NCBI GenBank assembly: GCA_030704615.1
Contig: CM060732.1
Span: 62,868,001 to 62,932,000 of the forward strand
From: Takakia lepidozioides
Lineage: Eukaryota > Plantae > Bryophyta
Direction: 5' to 3'
Length of the DNA: 64,000 nucleotides
Both the position numbers and the translations under genes were made by a program. A model generated the notes under the pieces. The model ran no database searches, was not told the DNA's origin, and saw only the letters and a list, made by a program, of their open reading frames with translations. Shown here piece by piece: positions 26,751-40,953 of the stretch. The first letter of the stretch is position 1. Every line of letters starts with the position of its first letter.

Positions 26751-29700
26751 AAATCAACAGGGGTATGCTTCCTGGCAGTGTCCCTATCTCAGTACTCCTC
26801 CAAGCAGGTCATGCGTTTGACAGCCATGGTCATTGTTCATCAGAGTCTGTTGGATTTAGTTGTGATCTGTGGCATTTAAATTTGGCGATGTGCCCTTCGT
26901 AGTAGAGCAAGGTGTTGAGATTCAGAGAAGCTAACCCTAATTTTGGGTGCTACACAACGTGATAGAGGAGTCCAGTGGGGCTGCTCATGGTGTCTTATCA
27001 TCACAGCATTACACTCTGTTTTGTAATGGAGTGTGGTTTGTCTATCAGATACCATGTCGTAGGCAGGTGGAACATGTCGAACTGACCTTTTTAGACTGAG
27101 AACTTGAGCCATTTCCTGTGGATGCCAATAGAAGTTCACGCCAATTATTATGGCTAGAGTTTCTGGCAAGCTATTTGCAAGGCATGGGTCTGGGAATCTG
27201 AATGTACGTTTTAGGAGGTGATATGGCAAGTTACTATAACCTGTAACACTGCTGATCTTAATCCTATCCAATTTTGCAAAACCTCCAAGTGAATTGTTTG
27301 TCATCTGGATTAATGTACATATGGATCCCACCCTATTAACAGTGGCTACAGTGCATCCCCATGAGGACAATCCTTGTGGGTTACTTATCCTCTCGGGGGT
27401 GGAGCTTGAGTCGCAGCCACCAGCCCAAATTGCCGATTGAGATTGGGGATGACCGTCTAACTTGCAGCCCTAGAAGAGGAGATCCCAGAAATGACCACTG
27501 CTGAATGTGGGACACCGTTTTGGGTAAACTTTGGTTTTCACCAGAACAATCTTTGTTTTTACAGGGTTTGGAATTAGGATCACAGCCATTTTTGGGGACA
27601 TGTTGCTTGCTACATGGGCTGGTCGAACATGAGGGGAGCCCATGAAATGGTAAGATCATTTGATAAAACACTAAGAGAATGCCTGTGTAACAGTACAACA
27701 GCTTTCTATACCATTGTGGCCATAACAGAGTCCACCCCCAACACGAGGCAATACCCGCAACGGGAAATGGCCTTTGTCTACACTTGGCCAGAGTCTTTTC
27801 TCTCTCATCTACACAGATCCTGTGTCCTGCCCACACATAGAAGAGAGCCGGGATGGATTAGAAGGGAAAGAAGACAGCAGAAGGAGACGCAACATGTGCA
27901 GGCTCACTGTGTAGTGAATCGAAGTAGTTCCCCAAAAAGCTCTTCACTAGTGCCTTGATCTGAAGTTCCGCAGTAAGTTCTTCACTAGTGCCTTGATCTG
28001 CAATAGACTGATATGATGTAATTGATTGAACTACTCCCAAGATAACCAAATGCCTAAACAAGCTTTCCCAATATACAAATTGGAATGGTCCACCATAGAG
28101 CTGTGAACTTTCTGTTGAACTAAACTGAAACATTCAAAAACTACAACAGATCAGCCAAATGTGATCAAGTCTTTTCTCATTCATAGTCATGCAATGTTCA
28201 CACCCACTGGAGACATCCTTGTCTTCCTCACTGTTTTCATTCACAATTCTGGACAAAAGGGGGACAGCTGCAAATTATCAAAACAGGTTATCTTGTTACT
28301 TAGTGGCAGCTTGGATATGAGTTAAACTGTCCTCTTGGCATTATGGAAGATTGGATGCTCCAAGTGAACGTTCTGTAGGGTCGGGGGTGCATCAGTGCTA
28401 CTGTGATGGCCGACTGGGTCTTTTGCAGAACAAGAGATACCTATGTACTTGTGACATAAATTTCCCACAATCGGTAAAATGCTGTGTTAACACAGAACTG
28501 AGTCTTGTCAGGCAATTGCATGTGAAGACAACCAGAAATACAGGAATTGCTGTATGCAAAACTGCTGGCAAGAGAGAACCACCCTCTCAGCAGTTGGACA
28601 AGTAGGTGTACTGATTCCTATCCCTGGTGTCAGATGCGTTGATCATCGCACCTTGTTGATTCACACCTCCCTTCCACTTGCCCTGGACAGGTGGTGGTCA
28701 TGATTTTGTAGCAAAGCTCTCACTTCACAGCTTGTTTTAGTGCCGTGCAGATGTGAATGGACAAAAATCTTTCTCTTGACTCTTGGTTCTGATGTTATTG
28801 ATAACTTTGCAAATTGATATCCTTGTCACTGCGGTCCTTCCACAAGGAAGGTGACAAGGATAAGGCAAGAATATTGCTCAACTTCCTCATCCCTTAGTTT
28901 GGCACACATTCTTACCCACCATTTGTTTGCATTGCCACATAGGACACATGTTTTGAAGGTATCAAGCATGTGCTCATGCTAAGAGAAAAATTGGGAAAAG
29001 TGACCAAGCAAAGCATTTTCTGCTTCTTGAAAGCACTGGCAGGCAAGACCTTGAGTTCATATTTGTAAATACATCTGTTTATTGAGTACGTAATTGTTGT
29101 TGATAGATAATGAATATTCTCACTTGTGAGCTGGTGATGCACTGCTTGCTGTGTGTTCCAGTTAGCATACTGTGGCTTTTGGGTGCTCAAAGGCTGCAGG
29201 CCACCGTGATACCACACATTTGCTGACCACACAGAAAACCAGCAGTACCTGTCGTATGACCATATAGCTTGGCGAGGTGGCCATTTACTTCTGAACCAGT
29301 ATCTGAATTAAGTCTTTTACAGTTTTGTGGAATCCGTTTGTGGATAAACATTCAAGCAGAAGATTGGAGAAATTCCGCTTGATATAGGTCCAAGACAGGT
29401 CTCATAGCAACCAAGCATTCTCATAGCCTACGATTGATACTAAAGCAGGTGGTCTACTGTTTGAGTGTACCTACATGCGTGCAATCTGACACCCGCGGGA
29501 AACTAACCCTTCCTGGTCCTCTGCAAAAAATGAGCGAAGTTGGCTTGGCATGTGCTAGTCCAAGATTCGTTTTTAAGACAGAGGGTGTGTTTGTGTGTAG
29601 TATTAGTGCCAAACAGGCAGGTCAGTATACTTGATAGGTCGGGTGTTGCCCATGGATACTATGTAGAATGCAGCTTATGGTCTGTAGTATTCCTCATGTA

Positions 29701-30409
29701 AGTAGCATGTGCAGATTAGTGAGCAGAACATCCATGTGTCTATCAAGGAGTGTTTTCACCTTAGCTGGGTGCAGAATTAGCTTTTTCTCCACCATAATTG
29801 ATACTGAGAGTCCGACCGGTCTCATTCTATACCGTTACTGCTATCCCCTTTTTCCATATAGGATTTCCTCCTCTCTGTCTTTCTGTAGCCTTTCTCATTA
29901 CAGTGATTAGCAATGTTGTCACATGACAAAAGGGAGGCTATAGCACCAGTGTTGGAATGTATCTCTTACTACTGGGTATGAAATCTGCTAAGGAAAAATT
30001 TGGTCGCTGGCAATTTTGGGCAATGATGCACCCTTTTAACCTGCTGACTAATACATCTTGAAGCCCCTTGTTGGGTTTCAGCTGACCTGGTACATGAACT
30101 GAAACAAAATGTCCACTGTGCTTATGCAGAACTGAGAATATGAAATGAATGTTATGTATTTGCTAGCAATGCTTAGTTCATATCAGAAAAAATGAGATTC
30201 TTCTCAAATCTGCTGCTCTAGCTGGAAATAGATCATAACATGGCTACTGGACTGCCAGTTATACAAAAGGGAGCGATAGAAAGAAGTTTACTTTTGGCTT
30301 TCAAGCCAAGAATGAAAGGGTGCATTCCTGTGGTCTAAAATAAAGTTGCACTTTCTTCCTTGTTTCTTGTCCACATTCAAATTTAGAGCATCCTGCACAG
30401 AAGAAAGAC

Positions 30410-30690
30410 CTGCAAGCTTCTCTTCATGAACTCTTTACAGATCTTCGAGGAAACCCACAAGATCCTATGTTTGACGAGGCTACTTCAACCGAAGGCTCTC
30501 AATCTCTGGCACTCTTAACTATGGATTTTGGACTAGTTAATGTCCTGTCAGACAGCATGCCCGGCCTCCAGATGCTGAGTCACTAGGTCCTTGATGATAT
30601 TACTTGTCTTCGGGTCCCAGCTTGGGAGAACCATCACGCGGAGCCTGTGGACAACCCACCTCCACAAATCCTCAGAAAACCATGAGGCTT
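30410..30690 (+). repeat. Dispersed repeat B (probable retroelement coding relic)
   Basis: Reads ASLHELFTDLRGNPQDPMFDEATST...VPAWENHHAEPV; homologous to 48540-48790 on the minus strand. Confidence 0.65.
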
Positions 30691-30852
30691 GATTTTATGT
30701 GTCTGAAAGAGAGAAGCAGAAAGTGGGCAACCGAATTCTGCTCTCCTCTCAACAGTATGTTCACTGCCATGTAAATCACACTAGGGAAGCTGCCATGATG
30801 TACTTAAATGCACGAGGTGCATGGCGATGCTATCCCATGTAGTGGATCCATA

Positions 30853-31644
30853 CCAGTGTTGGACTGGTATATAGGGTCTGGCCAGGTATCAACCAGGGTA
30901 TTGAATAACTGACCCGGCTGGTATTGGCTTTTGTAATACTATGGTTCATAACCCGGCCGGTATTGGAAATTCCAATACTATGGTTGATAACCGGACCGGC
31001 TGGTATTGCCAGGGCAATACCCAGGTGCATACCCGTATGTGGGCAAAAACAAGGACTATACCATGGTATGAATAGGAAATTGGCTGGGTGCACAATATGT
31101 CAGGGTCAGGGTAAGAGGGTGCACATGTGAGGGAGGGCATGTCCAGCCCCAAGGGTCCGCCACTATGCTTCATTTCTTACCACATGTAGGCAGGCCCACC
31201 CCTATTCTTTTATTTTCTTAGCACATGTCTTATGTGGTTGCAATCAGTCTTCTTTTAACTAAGCTTGCTTCAATTTGGATACTAGAATCTGCAACGTTGT
31301 TATTATGTATTGCAAAGACTGAATTTTGCAACATAATAATTAATTTTTTTGTGAAATCAACTGAAATCTTCTAAATTCATACATATTAACGATTTAGTGG
31401 TTTTTTTTATTTTTATTTTTTATTTTTTATGCCCGGGTTGATAACCGGCTGGTATTAGATTGGAATACCCATCCTATTGATACCCGTCCGCAAATCGAAA
31501 ATCATATTACTATTGAGAAGCGGCGGATATTAAAATAAAGGGAATCTTTCAATACTATGGAACCGGCTGGTATTTGCAAATTAATTTCTTTTCAATACCC
31601 GCTGGTATTAGAAAAAATAATACCCGCCCAAGTATCCATACTCT
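30853..31644. mobile_element. Non-autonomous DNA-transposon-like element with ccggctggtatt subterminal repeats
   Basis: Clusters of ccggctggtatt/aataccc at 30870-31030 and 31430-31630 around an AT-rich core. No clear TIR or TSD. Confidence 0.45.
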
Positions 31645-31849
31645 TAAGGGTGTTCTACAAATCCAGTTCTATTCACTGCCAAGTAAATACCCTGCAGCAA
31701 AAAACTTGGCAATGCTAATATCACACTGAGCCACATTTCAGCAGAATTTTAAATGTGAGAAACCCAGTTGCATTCTTGAAGGAACAGCCATGTGAGTTGG
31801 ACTGGGATTCTTCATCTCCTAAGAACTGGTGATATTACAATCAATGTCT

Positions 31850-33890
31850 GCTCCTTTATTGTTGCCGGGCGTATCCATGCCCAATTCTATGCATCTGTCA
31901 CTCCCCTCTACTACAGTCATCATTCTCGCCTAGGTGAGTGCTCCATCATTCAATCCGAGGTTGGGACCCGCCAAGGCGACCCTTTAAGAGGACCTTTGTT
32001 TTCCATGGCTCACGTCCGTGCCCTCATGGCTTCTGCACAAGTACACTCATCTTGTCTCTTTCCATCGGTGGTAGACGACACGCACATTATAGGCCCTGCC
32101 TCGCAGGTACTTCCAGCTTACCATCATTTTGTCACCCAACTCCATGCCGTGTGCAACCTCGCAAATGTGCGGTGTGGTCTCCGTTCGGTCTACGTGCAGG
32201 TTTTGTTCCCCCCGCTCACTTCATTGCTCCGCCCAATGGCATAATCTTGGGAGTCCCCTTTGGCACCACCCAGTTCACAAAGTCCTTCTTGGAAGATGCA
32301 CTCCACCAGGATGTCACCCACGCTGATCTCCTTCCTAGGCTTAGAGATGTGCAGGTAGCATACGAAATCTTGACCAAATACTTCCTTCAGCGTCCCTTCT
32401 ATCTCTTGCGCACAGTTCCACCTAGCCCAAATTTCCTACACCTTTTATTTGGGTTTGATTATACCATGATAGCCATTTTCGGGAGATTGTTAGGACCAAG
32501 AGCTCTGGAGGGTGCTCAGGTTGCCACGGCAGCAAGCCACCTTGCCCATCTCTTCCAATGGTGTGGGTCTTTTGTCCACCGTCATTATAGCCCCGGCAGC
32601 CTTCCTTGGCAGTTGGGCGTTGGTTGCGCCAGCCCTCGCGTCACGATTTCTCTGCGACCATCGTTCCATCTTTATGGACGCCGTTGCGCATGTCGACAAA
32701 TGGCATTTTACCTTCCAACAGCATCTCCGCTCTGCACATGATTTCTTCCGGCACCGGCGCGAGCATGTCTACCACCATTTGAGCAGCTGGTTGCTCAAGA
32801 CCATCTTCAGGAGTCCATTTCCGAGCGCGTACACCGTCATTCCTTTTCCGGCATGCTCTCAAGTGCTTCTTCTGAGTTGCATCGGGCCCGACTTCTATCA
32901 TGCGCAGGACCTGGAGCAGGGGCGTGGTTGGCAGCTCGACTCACTATCGCACCTTTAGCTGCCAACCACGCCCCTGCTCCAGGTCCTGCGCATAATTTTC
33001 ACTACTGCGCTCCGCCTTCGACTCGGTTTACCTCATCCTTCGGCATTGAGCCTTCAGAGATGCGTCTGTCGTCAGCCCATCGATGACCTTGCCATCCACC
33101 TCATTTGCTGCCCATGTGGTGGCGAACGCACTGCATCTCATGATATGGTTCGTGATGCGGTGGCATCTGTTGCTCTGGGGGCAAGGTATTATGTACTACG
33201 TGAGCAACCCCATCTTCGGCCGACGCTCATATCTCACTCTACACGCCGCCTTGTTGACATCCTCTCTCTGCATACGCTTGCAGATGTTGTTCTTGTTGAC
33301 CCCACTCGAGCAGATCTGCTATCTCGTGCAGCCACCACACAAGGCATAGCAGCCACTATAGCAGCTCAAGCCAAGGAGCGCGACTACAGTGATCGTGACC
33401 CCACCGATAGATTTCTTCCGCTGGCGGTCGAGATATTTGGCTCCTTGCATAGGCACTTCGATGATTTCCTTTAGACATGTGCACATCATGCAGCGCAGAG
33501 TAGGTCCACTAACATCTCGCATGCCTCCGTTCTTGTCGCATACTATCGGCAGCGTGTTACAGTTGCTTTGCAGAGAGCACAAACCATATCTATTTTGCAT
33601 CGGGCTGATGTGGCTGGTTCCGCGTCATCTCATCTTCTGCCTATGCTGCCTGACACTTTGCCTGATCTCCTCCAGGCTGTTGGCTGGGAGGGTCGTTCTG
33701 GTTGAGTAGCCTACTATAGCTTTTGTTTTCTTCCTGGTTGAGTAGCTTACTATAGCTTTGTTTTCTTCCTCTTGTTTCTTTTTTCTTTCCCCCCCCCTTT
33801 TTTGGAACTTCTCATCTTTTGTACGTTCGCCCATTGTACATGTTGTAAATAAAATTTTACAGGGTTTCATCATCTTTCTCCTCTCAGGCT
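31850..33890 (+). mobile_element. 5'-truncated CRE-like non-LTR retrotransposon (RT + zinc knuckle + restriction-like endonuclease), degenerate
   Basis: GTRQGDPLRGPLF, VDD, LPISSNGVGL, AGAWL, CVC...HLICC...HDMVRD, DVVLVDP, AKERDY, FLPLAVEIFG. Several frameshifts; about 35-bp tandem duplication in the 3'UTR at 33700-33770. Confidence 0.85.
32900..32993. repeat. Perfect 37-bp inverted repeat with 20-nt loop
   Basis: 32900-32936 is the exact reverse complement of 32957-32993. Confidence 0.95.
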
Positions 33891-34099
33891 TAATCAGATT
33901 CTTCTACTTTCAACTTTGACTACGAATCTACATAATGTATGAAGAAGCAATCCACAAGAACTAAAGGGAAGCTCAAAGAGTTTATGGGACAAAGAAATAA
34001 ATGAATACTTTATAAGGTCCACAAAAAGGTCAAATAGCCTAAATCTTTGCGTGACAAATCGCACCTGAGCAATTCTGTCCCAGTAGGCTGACATAGTCT

Positions 34100-34262
34100 T
34101 CTCTTCATGTTTGTCCCGAAGCTGTGTTGCTGGCAGAAGGGCTAGAGATAGCAAAGAACTTTCTGATAGTCAGGCGGCAGAGAGACAAAACCCATTGCTC
34201 ATGGATTCAACTTGGGGGGGGGGGAAGATGCTATTCTTGACACATTTAGTTTTGGAGCTTAT
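34100..34262 (-). repeat. Dispersed repeat B copy
   Basis: Clearly similar to 48785-48940 (gaagggctag...agagacaaaacccattgctcatggattcaa...ttcttgacacatttagtt). Confidence 0.7.
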
Positions 34263-34649
34263 GCCTTCACTGTAATGTGAAAGTGTTTGTAGATGTTGCT
34301 GTACTCAGTCCACTCTTGTGACTTCACTTTTGTGACTTGAATTATCCCAGATATATTTGGCCTTGAATCTAAGCTTAAGCTAGTATCATCCTCCTATATG
34401 AGAGGTAGCATTGTGTTTCCCTCCATTGAAGGGGACTACACTTCAATTAACTGAACTCATGTGTACTCAGTGACCCACCCGCCTTGAGCTGTCCCACTTT
34501 CGCAGGGGAGAGAGACAAGACTACTGGGTCAAATTCCTGTTGGACAAAAGCCCAAGCAGCTTAGAAAGTAAAGCTTGCAATCTATTGAGATTTTCCGCTA
34601 AAGGACAACGCAACCCATTTCGGGCAAATCATGATCTCAAACATGTTTG

Positions 34650-35140
34650 GAAAACATGTTTATTGGAGACCCTCCAACTAAATATTCGAAACAATTGAAA
34701 CATGGAGTAAAGCTAGACGGTGTCAACTTTATTTCAGTTGTATCTGCTTGCAGTCATGGAAGTCACTGCTTTGATCTGAGGATAGAGATTATGGCGTCAC
34801 AGCTATGGTTGCATGGTGGACCTTCTTGGAGGTGGATGAGGCAGAGGATTTGGTTACCAAGATGCCAATGGAACCGTGCAGGTGTGGGGGTCGTACTCGG
34901 TGTTGCAAACTTCCATGGCGACATGGGGTTAGTAGAATGTTCAGCATATGTACTACTGTCAACATATGCTTTAGCATCTGCCAGCTGCAGCATAAAAGTG
35001 AGAAAATGAGGGAGGGGAGAGGCATCAGGAAGGTGCCAGGGCACAGCTGCATCGAGGTTAGCAACCAGGTGCATGTTTTATTTGTACAAGTCAACTTACA
35101 TACACATGGAAATACATGCTGAGCTAGAAAGATTGTTGTG
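34650..35140 (+). pseudogene. Decayed PPR E-domain fragment
   Basis: DGVNFISVVSACSH, DEAEDLVTKMPMEP, AYVLLS and RKVPGHSCIEVSNQVH spread across shifting frames. Confidence 0.8.
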
Positions 35141-35408
35141 CACAAGAAAGTTAGATTGATTGAGTCACATGTATGTCAAATGAAATATACACTCGGTCCA
35201 TGTGCATCGATATTAATACTTCAGCATCGGAAGTATTTAAAACATGGGACTTCACAGCATAGATTCCGTGTATACATGCGCAATAACACTTTCCAGCTTT
35301 TTACGACTACGCATTAGCAGCTGTTGCTGATTGAAGAGTCTGATCGCTATCTATGTACAAAATGTACAAAGTTCAACCAAAAGATTCATAGGAATCTTTG
35401 CATCAGCT

Positions 35409-36105
35409 TCACGAGTCATTCTTGAACTTCGATTCATCAATTTCGACTCCCTTTTCTGCCGCAGCTTCCTCTCCAGACTTATCAGTCGTGGCAAGTCCAC
35501 CCTTGCGGCCCATTTCCTGATAGCCTTCTTTCCCAAGCTGCTCAGCCCGAGTTTTTCCTCCCTTACTGCGGCCTGCATACGTGCAAAAAATTCAATATCA
35601 ACAGACTTGCATAATGCGTACTTACGATAATACTATGTGGACTTCTTCCAGGTGTTTGCTTATGTGACATGTGAAACAATTGCAGTGCAAATATGAATCG
35701 TTCCTCCTCCATTCTTGTTTATTTCTCTCGTCAAGAGTTTGCTGCGCTCAGATTTTCAAGTAGCTGCCAAAACTGTTGTCCTAACATTTGATGGATAAAC
35801 TAGAGAAACCAGGTGATTCCTGCTAGATTGTCTTCTCTATGATCGGTTGAGAAAGAAACCATAGTTTCTAACCAACTTCTTATAGTTTCGGATTAAAGCC
35901 TCTCAAGCGGCAGACGAGAGAGAGTACAACCAACCTCAATTGCAGTTAACAAAATTCATGGAAAATAAACCATATATATAATGTTCATACCCTCCGCCAA
36001 GTGCTTCTGAGCTTCCAGGCTCTTGCCACCGGTGCCTCCCTCCACCACAGTCTCGCCGGCGCGAGCTTTGGCTTCGAGCTCGCTCCTATCGGTATTAGAC
36101 GACAT
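35409..36105 (-). CDS. Em: Em-like late embryogenesis abundant protein (group 1, LEA_5), 92 aa
   Basis: Exons 36105-35991 and 35572-35409 give [92 protein letters not shown]. Absent from the ORF track. Confidence 0.95.
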
Positions 36106-36689
36106 TTTCTCTCCTCTTAGCGGCTCGTCTTTCCCTGCACAGCATGAGGTTCGTCTGGAGATTTATGTATGATTATACAAGACGATAAAATCTGCATTCA
36201 ATGCGAGAAACACGCGCGGATGATTGCCAGCCGGTACAATGGACCAGTTAACCTTCAACCACAGAGGACCACAGCAGCGAGTCCTGAGTATCCGACAGGC
36301 ACAAACAACCCATTCATAAACTAAAATTCGAAAGCCTCAAGTTCCAAGCTACCCTCTTCCTCCCGGCTCTCAGATAGATCTCTCACACATCCACTGTCAA
36401 CTGTTATAGCTCGTTCGACTGCAAGAAAAACTGCTGACACCTAGGTGCATTCTGTCGTGACCAAGCCATTCGAGGCCCCCGAGGGCTCAACAACGCAGAT
36501 ACCTTGCTTCCAGACACTGGAGACTGTTGAAAGCGTACTGTGTGCTGAGGTTGACGGCGGCGCTAGCCTTTATATGCCCACCCAGGAGGGAGGAGCCGGT
36601 CACACCTCGACTGGTGACAGCCGGTTCAGACATGTGGGCCCCCACAATATCGGCAAGTGTGGGGTATGATAACCGGTAATCGCAGGTCG

Positions 36690-36890
36690 CCCATGCAACC
36701 TTACAATTGTTGTACGCAGCGTCGCTGACATGGGCGCTGCCGCTGCCACGTTTCCTTGCTTCATTCCACGTGGCAGAGGTCTCTGCCACGTAAGCTCTGC
36801 TGGGCATGCACTGGACGGCTGCTTCAGTGCGTGGAGAAGAGTCAAGTGACAAGCGATATGGCAGGGCTTGCATGGATTAAGTTACATGCA
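36690..36890 (-). promoter_or_regulatory. ABRE cluster plus RY elements upstream of Em
   Basis: Three ACGTGGC-type ABREs (36745-36751, 36766-36774, 36785-36791) and CATGCA RY motifs (36692, 36805, 36885). Confidence 0.7.
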
Positions 36891-39800
36891 TTTGTTGATG
36901 GAGTTCCCTACCACAACCATGCTGGGCTTATCCTGCAGTAAAATTTGCTTCAGAAATAAGTGAGGGCACCAAGAAGGTTTGACATGCAGGGCGCGTGCGC
37001 ACAAAGCTTTGTAGATCGGTTGTGAGGGTTCCTACGATTTGTTGTGTGATCGGGCTCTGCCTAACTGTATGTGTATAGCTTGCTGGGTAAAGCACATGTG
37101 TAGATGCATCATTAAAGAGAAGCAGGAGGGTTTTCCAGGTGCATGAGTAACAGTTTGATCATTTGAGCTTTATTGTGTGAGACTCAGCCATGGAAGATCG
37201 AGCTGGTGGATGCAGAGCTGTGAAGGAACTAGATCCAGAGTTAAAATTAATGTTGATCCACCCAAAAATCCTTCCACAATACTTTGTCCGCAGGGGATTG
37301 AGGTTCTCTAATTGTCAGTCAGCGTAGTGGATTGGGTATATCATACAGGAATAGTCCCTGCAAGATACTAACGTTCCAGGGCTCTTTGTTAGTTTCAGCC
37401 CAGCAGGGTGCATATACAGACAAAGATAGTCCTACTACGGCACTCACAGTGCCAGCATACCGATAAGAGCTAATGTCCTACAGTGCTTCATATCTCCATC
37501 TGGAGAATCAATATGAAAGTTGCAGCTTAAGCTCAGTAAAAAGGGAGCCCAAGTCACATTCGGTAAGACAAACCTCAAATTATTTGGCTTTTTCAGTCTC
37601 CATTTGCAACAAAGATGATAAGTGAGTACCAAATGTAGTTGACCTGATGTTGCTGGTGCAAGACAAATAACTCTGCCAAACCAAATAAACAAAATGGAAT
37701 AATCAGGTAGATGTAAGAGCAAGTTCCAATCCGAGGATCCTGAATGAGGATAAGGGCAGATGCCGTGTGGATCAAATGAGCCCTGGCATCCACAAAATAT
37801 CCCATAATACAAACCCCAGTTGAGGCCTGGCTTCAAACTTCACCAAGCATACAGGCGAGTAGCAGTGTTTCTGACTTGTTAAGTATGGTCTCTGGCTCAG
37901 AAGAATAGCCGATATACTGAACCCCCCCATACATTCTCTGGCCAAACATTGTCAGCTTTCCGTGAACTGGGTAGATTCATAGAACAGAAATGAGAGTGTG
38001 TAAGCTTTAGCATAAAAGATAGATCGAGCTCTGTCTTTAAGGATATCCAGGTTTTTACGCCTGCAGGTAAGTGCACAGTGACTATGTGATGCTAATCAAG
38101 TGTGATGCAGTTTGCCATCCCATGGACACATTGACACAGGGTTTGCTGCATGGTGCTTGGTGACAGTCAGTTAGGCTTAGGGCTACTTCATTGTCAGGCT
38201 AGAATTATCAGCAGGTTGGAATCTCAGAAAAGGAGGTAAGGAAGAGATGGGGAACCAGGGGCAGAAGAGGCTTGTTCCCAACGACCCTTTATGTGTGAAG
38301 ATAACTGCCCTTCACAGCCCGAAGGCTATAAGCCCCAACTGCCCTTTGCACAGTAAGTGATCAATAGCCCATAGCAATGCATAGTGGTGCCTGATCATAC
38401 TCAAGTCTAGGTGTGATAACTGATTGCAGAAATACAAGTGGAACTATTTATTCATTTCATCGGACCTCATGATAGCCGCAGTTATCAGCCGTTGTTGTCT
38501 GCTGTCTACTCTCTTGGGTGGCCACTTTGTCTCATCAAGTTCAGGTGTGATAATTCAAGCACTATTCATTCATTTAAAGTGTACCTGATGCATGATCATG
38601 AGAGGGATCTCTTCCGCTTCCAACAAGCCAGCAAGCATAGGATGCCAATATTTGCAACCACAGCTGCAGCCGCAACAGCAAAAATCTTCGCAAGGGAACT
38701 ATGATAATGGGAATCTTTCCTTCTTGCCTCTGTCACATACACTCACCCCTCTCTAACATCAGTGGTATCATGATTCAGTTCATTCGCATCTACAAAGCAA
38801 GGCTAATTCAAGGATTCATACAGAGACACTTTTAGCATGTCTCCTCCCATACTGAAGCACCATAAAGAAGCCCACAACCAAAATATCCCCACAACCAAAA
38901 TATCCGTAAGCCAGAAAAAGCCCCATTGCTTCCCAGCTTACCACAATACACCTATACACAGCAATTAATGTGCAGAGCTAATCCTACTGATGCCCTTGTT
39001 TTGTAACTGAGTTTGAATTGATGTGCAGTTGCCCAAAATTTTGATGATGGAGGTGGGAACAACATGAGCTCAACCAGTATAATAAGAGTTTCACTCTAGT
39101 CTTTGAAAGTCGTATGACGACGATGACGTGGCTGACGATGACGTGGTACTATGGCACCCTATTCCTGCTCTATGCTAAACTAGCTTCCGACCTTCGTTCG
39201 TCGCTAGAATAAAAAATTATGAAATTCTTACCATGGTCATAGACATGCATATAAACGATTCTAGAGTGAGGTCCGGGATGGAGGATGCCTTCTGACATTT
39301 GGGAAGTGCAGTTTATGGTACTGCCTCCCTTCTCTTCCAAGATAGGTGTCAAAGCTTGATAGCTCACCAGAACGGCCGCAGAAAAGTTGAAAGGTAGAAA
39401 CATCAATTAATATGCTGGCAGGGTCCAAAGTAGTTGGCAAAAACTGGCTAGCCCGGCCCTCTCTTCTGTTTTTCCCACTGGAGTGCCCCTGACCGAACTA
39501 TATGTAATGAACAAGACCCACTGCAACTCAACTTCCACGGGCTGGCGTTCGGTCCAGCTGGGATGAACCCCAAGAGGTTCAACTTGTTGTGTTTTGGTGC
39601 ATCCCCCTTTTTTTGAAGGTAGAACTGCACTTGGCTTGCAATCATATGCGCATGCGAGTGAGCTCTCTAGGGACTGCCAAGCTCTGCCCTGCAACATTTG
39701 CAGCCAAACCATTGAGTCAAGGAAAGCAGTCTCATCTCCAACATGCAGCATACGCCTTAGTGGATTCTCTCTCCATACGACGTCACATAACTAATTCCTA

Positions 39801-40953
39801 ACCAGCCCCTTCATAATCAAGAGTAAGATAGGATGTACTCAACAGCTGTATGTCCCTTTCAACATTCCCAGTCATGCACCAGTAGCTAGCCTGTGGATTG
39901 CATTGGAAATTGCCAGCAATAAAAGTTTACTTCAAGTAGTGCACAAATACATGACATCTGTACATGTCTCCAATAGCTTCGATTTGAGTTGCCGTGCAAG
40001 TCCAGCAGCACCAGGTGAAACGGCCCATCCTAGTGCACCTGTATCCATCAGCTTCCTAGCCCTGCCATGCCATGCCACCCTTCATTTGTCATCCCTTGGT
40101 TCTTATGTGGAACCCTTTTCGCTTAGTTTCGAGATCAAGATACAACATTTCAGCCCAACTTTCTTTTCTCCAACTCCAATTTTATTGTAAGAACCTGTGC
40201 TATTTAAAACAGTGCGCTACAGTGGTTTGAGAAAGACCTGGTTGACGTCCCACGGTGATATGCCCAAGCCTCCTAAGACAGCCACCTGCATGAGTACAGG
40301 CACTTCCGCTTGTAAGATATCCAAAAGATATCCAGGTGACTGTAGTCAGGACTTCACTTAAATTATGTAGAGCGGCCCAACGCAGTCAGCTGCAAGCAGC
40401 AAGGACAACTCAAATCTGATCCTAAATATCGACATATGGTTATCCTGCAAATGCTGCATGGCACTACGGGATTGGCATTCAACCGGTGGGGCCATTCGGC
40501 TCTTTGAGGCCCTGCTTCGCAATGGTTGAGTGACCCAAATCCTGCACATATTTGCAGCTCTAGAAACACATTCAGGAAAGCAGAACTCCAAAATTTGTAG
40601 CATGCCGGGGCAAAGTAAATTTCAATGCATAACTAGACTACTACACAGCACCAACACAGTAGCACGCATTATCACACACTCAAGTGCCCTTCCACCTTGA
40701 TATGTCTGGCAAATAGCTTGGCTGCTCAGCATTTTCCTGCAAACACATCCAATCCCCTGTTCATACACGCTTCTGTCACCTGCAGCAGACCCACTTTAGT
40801 CATCATCACCCGTTGAATAAATCATCTTGGATTAGATGCCCAGAGGCAATCATTTTATGCTGACTTTGGTCGGCATCATCTCTCTTTGTTAACTCCACAT
40901 CGCCATGAATTTTGCCAGCAACAAGCAAGGCTGTCCACCCTTCAAAATCCAGT

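Noticed and set aside
35351-35578. 75-aa basic ORF
   Set aside because: Wrong reading frame of Em exon 2.
39090-39270. Possible Helitron or MITE (tcactctag...ctagagtga, with gacgtgg repeats)
   Set aside because: Only a 9-bp inverted match, with no TSD or second copy.
36950-40800. Short ORFs between Em and the third PPR gene
   Set aside because: No recognisable motifs or consistent splice model.
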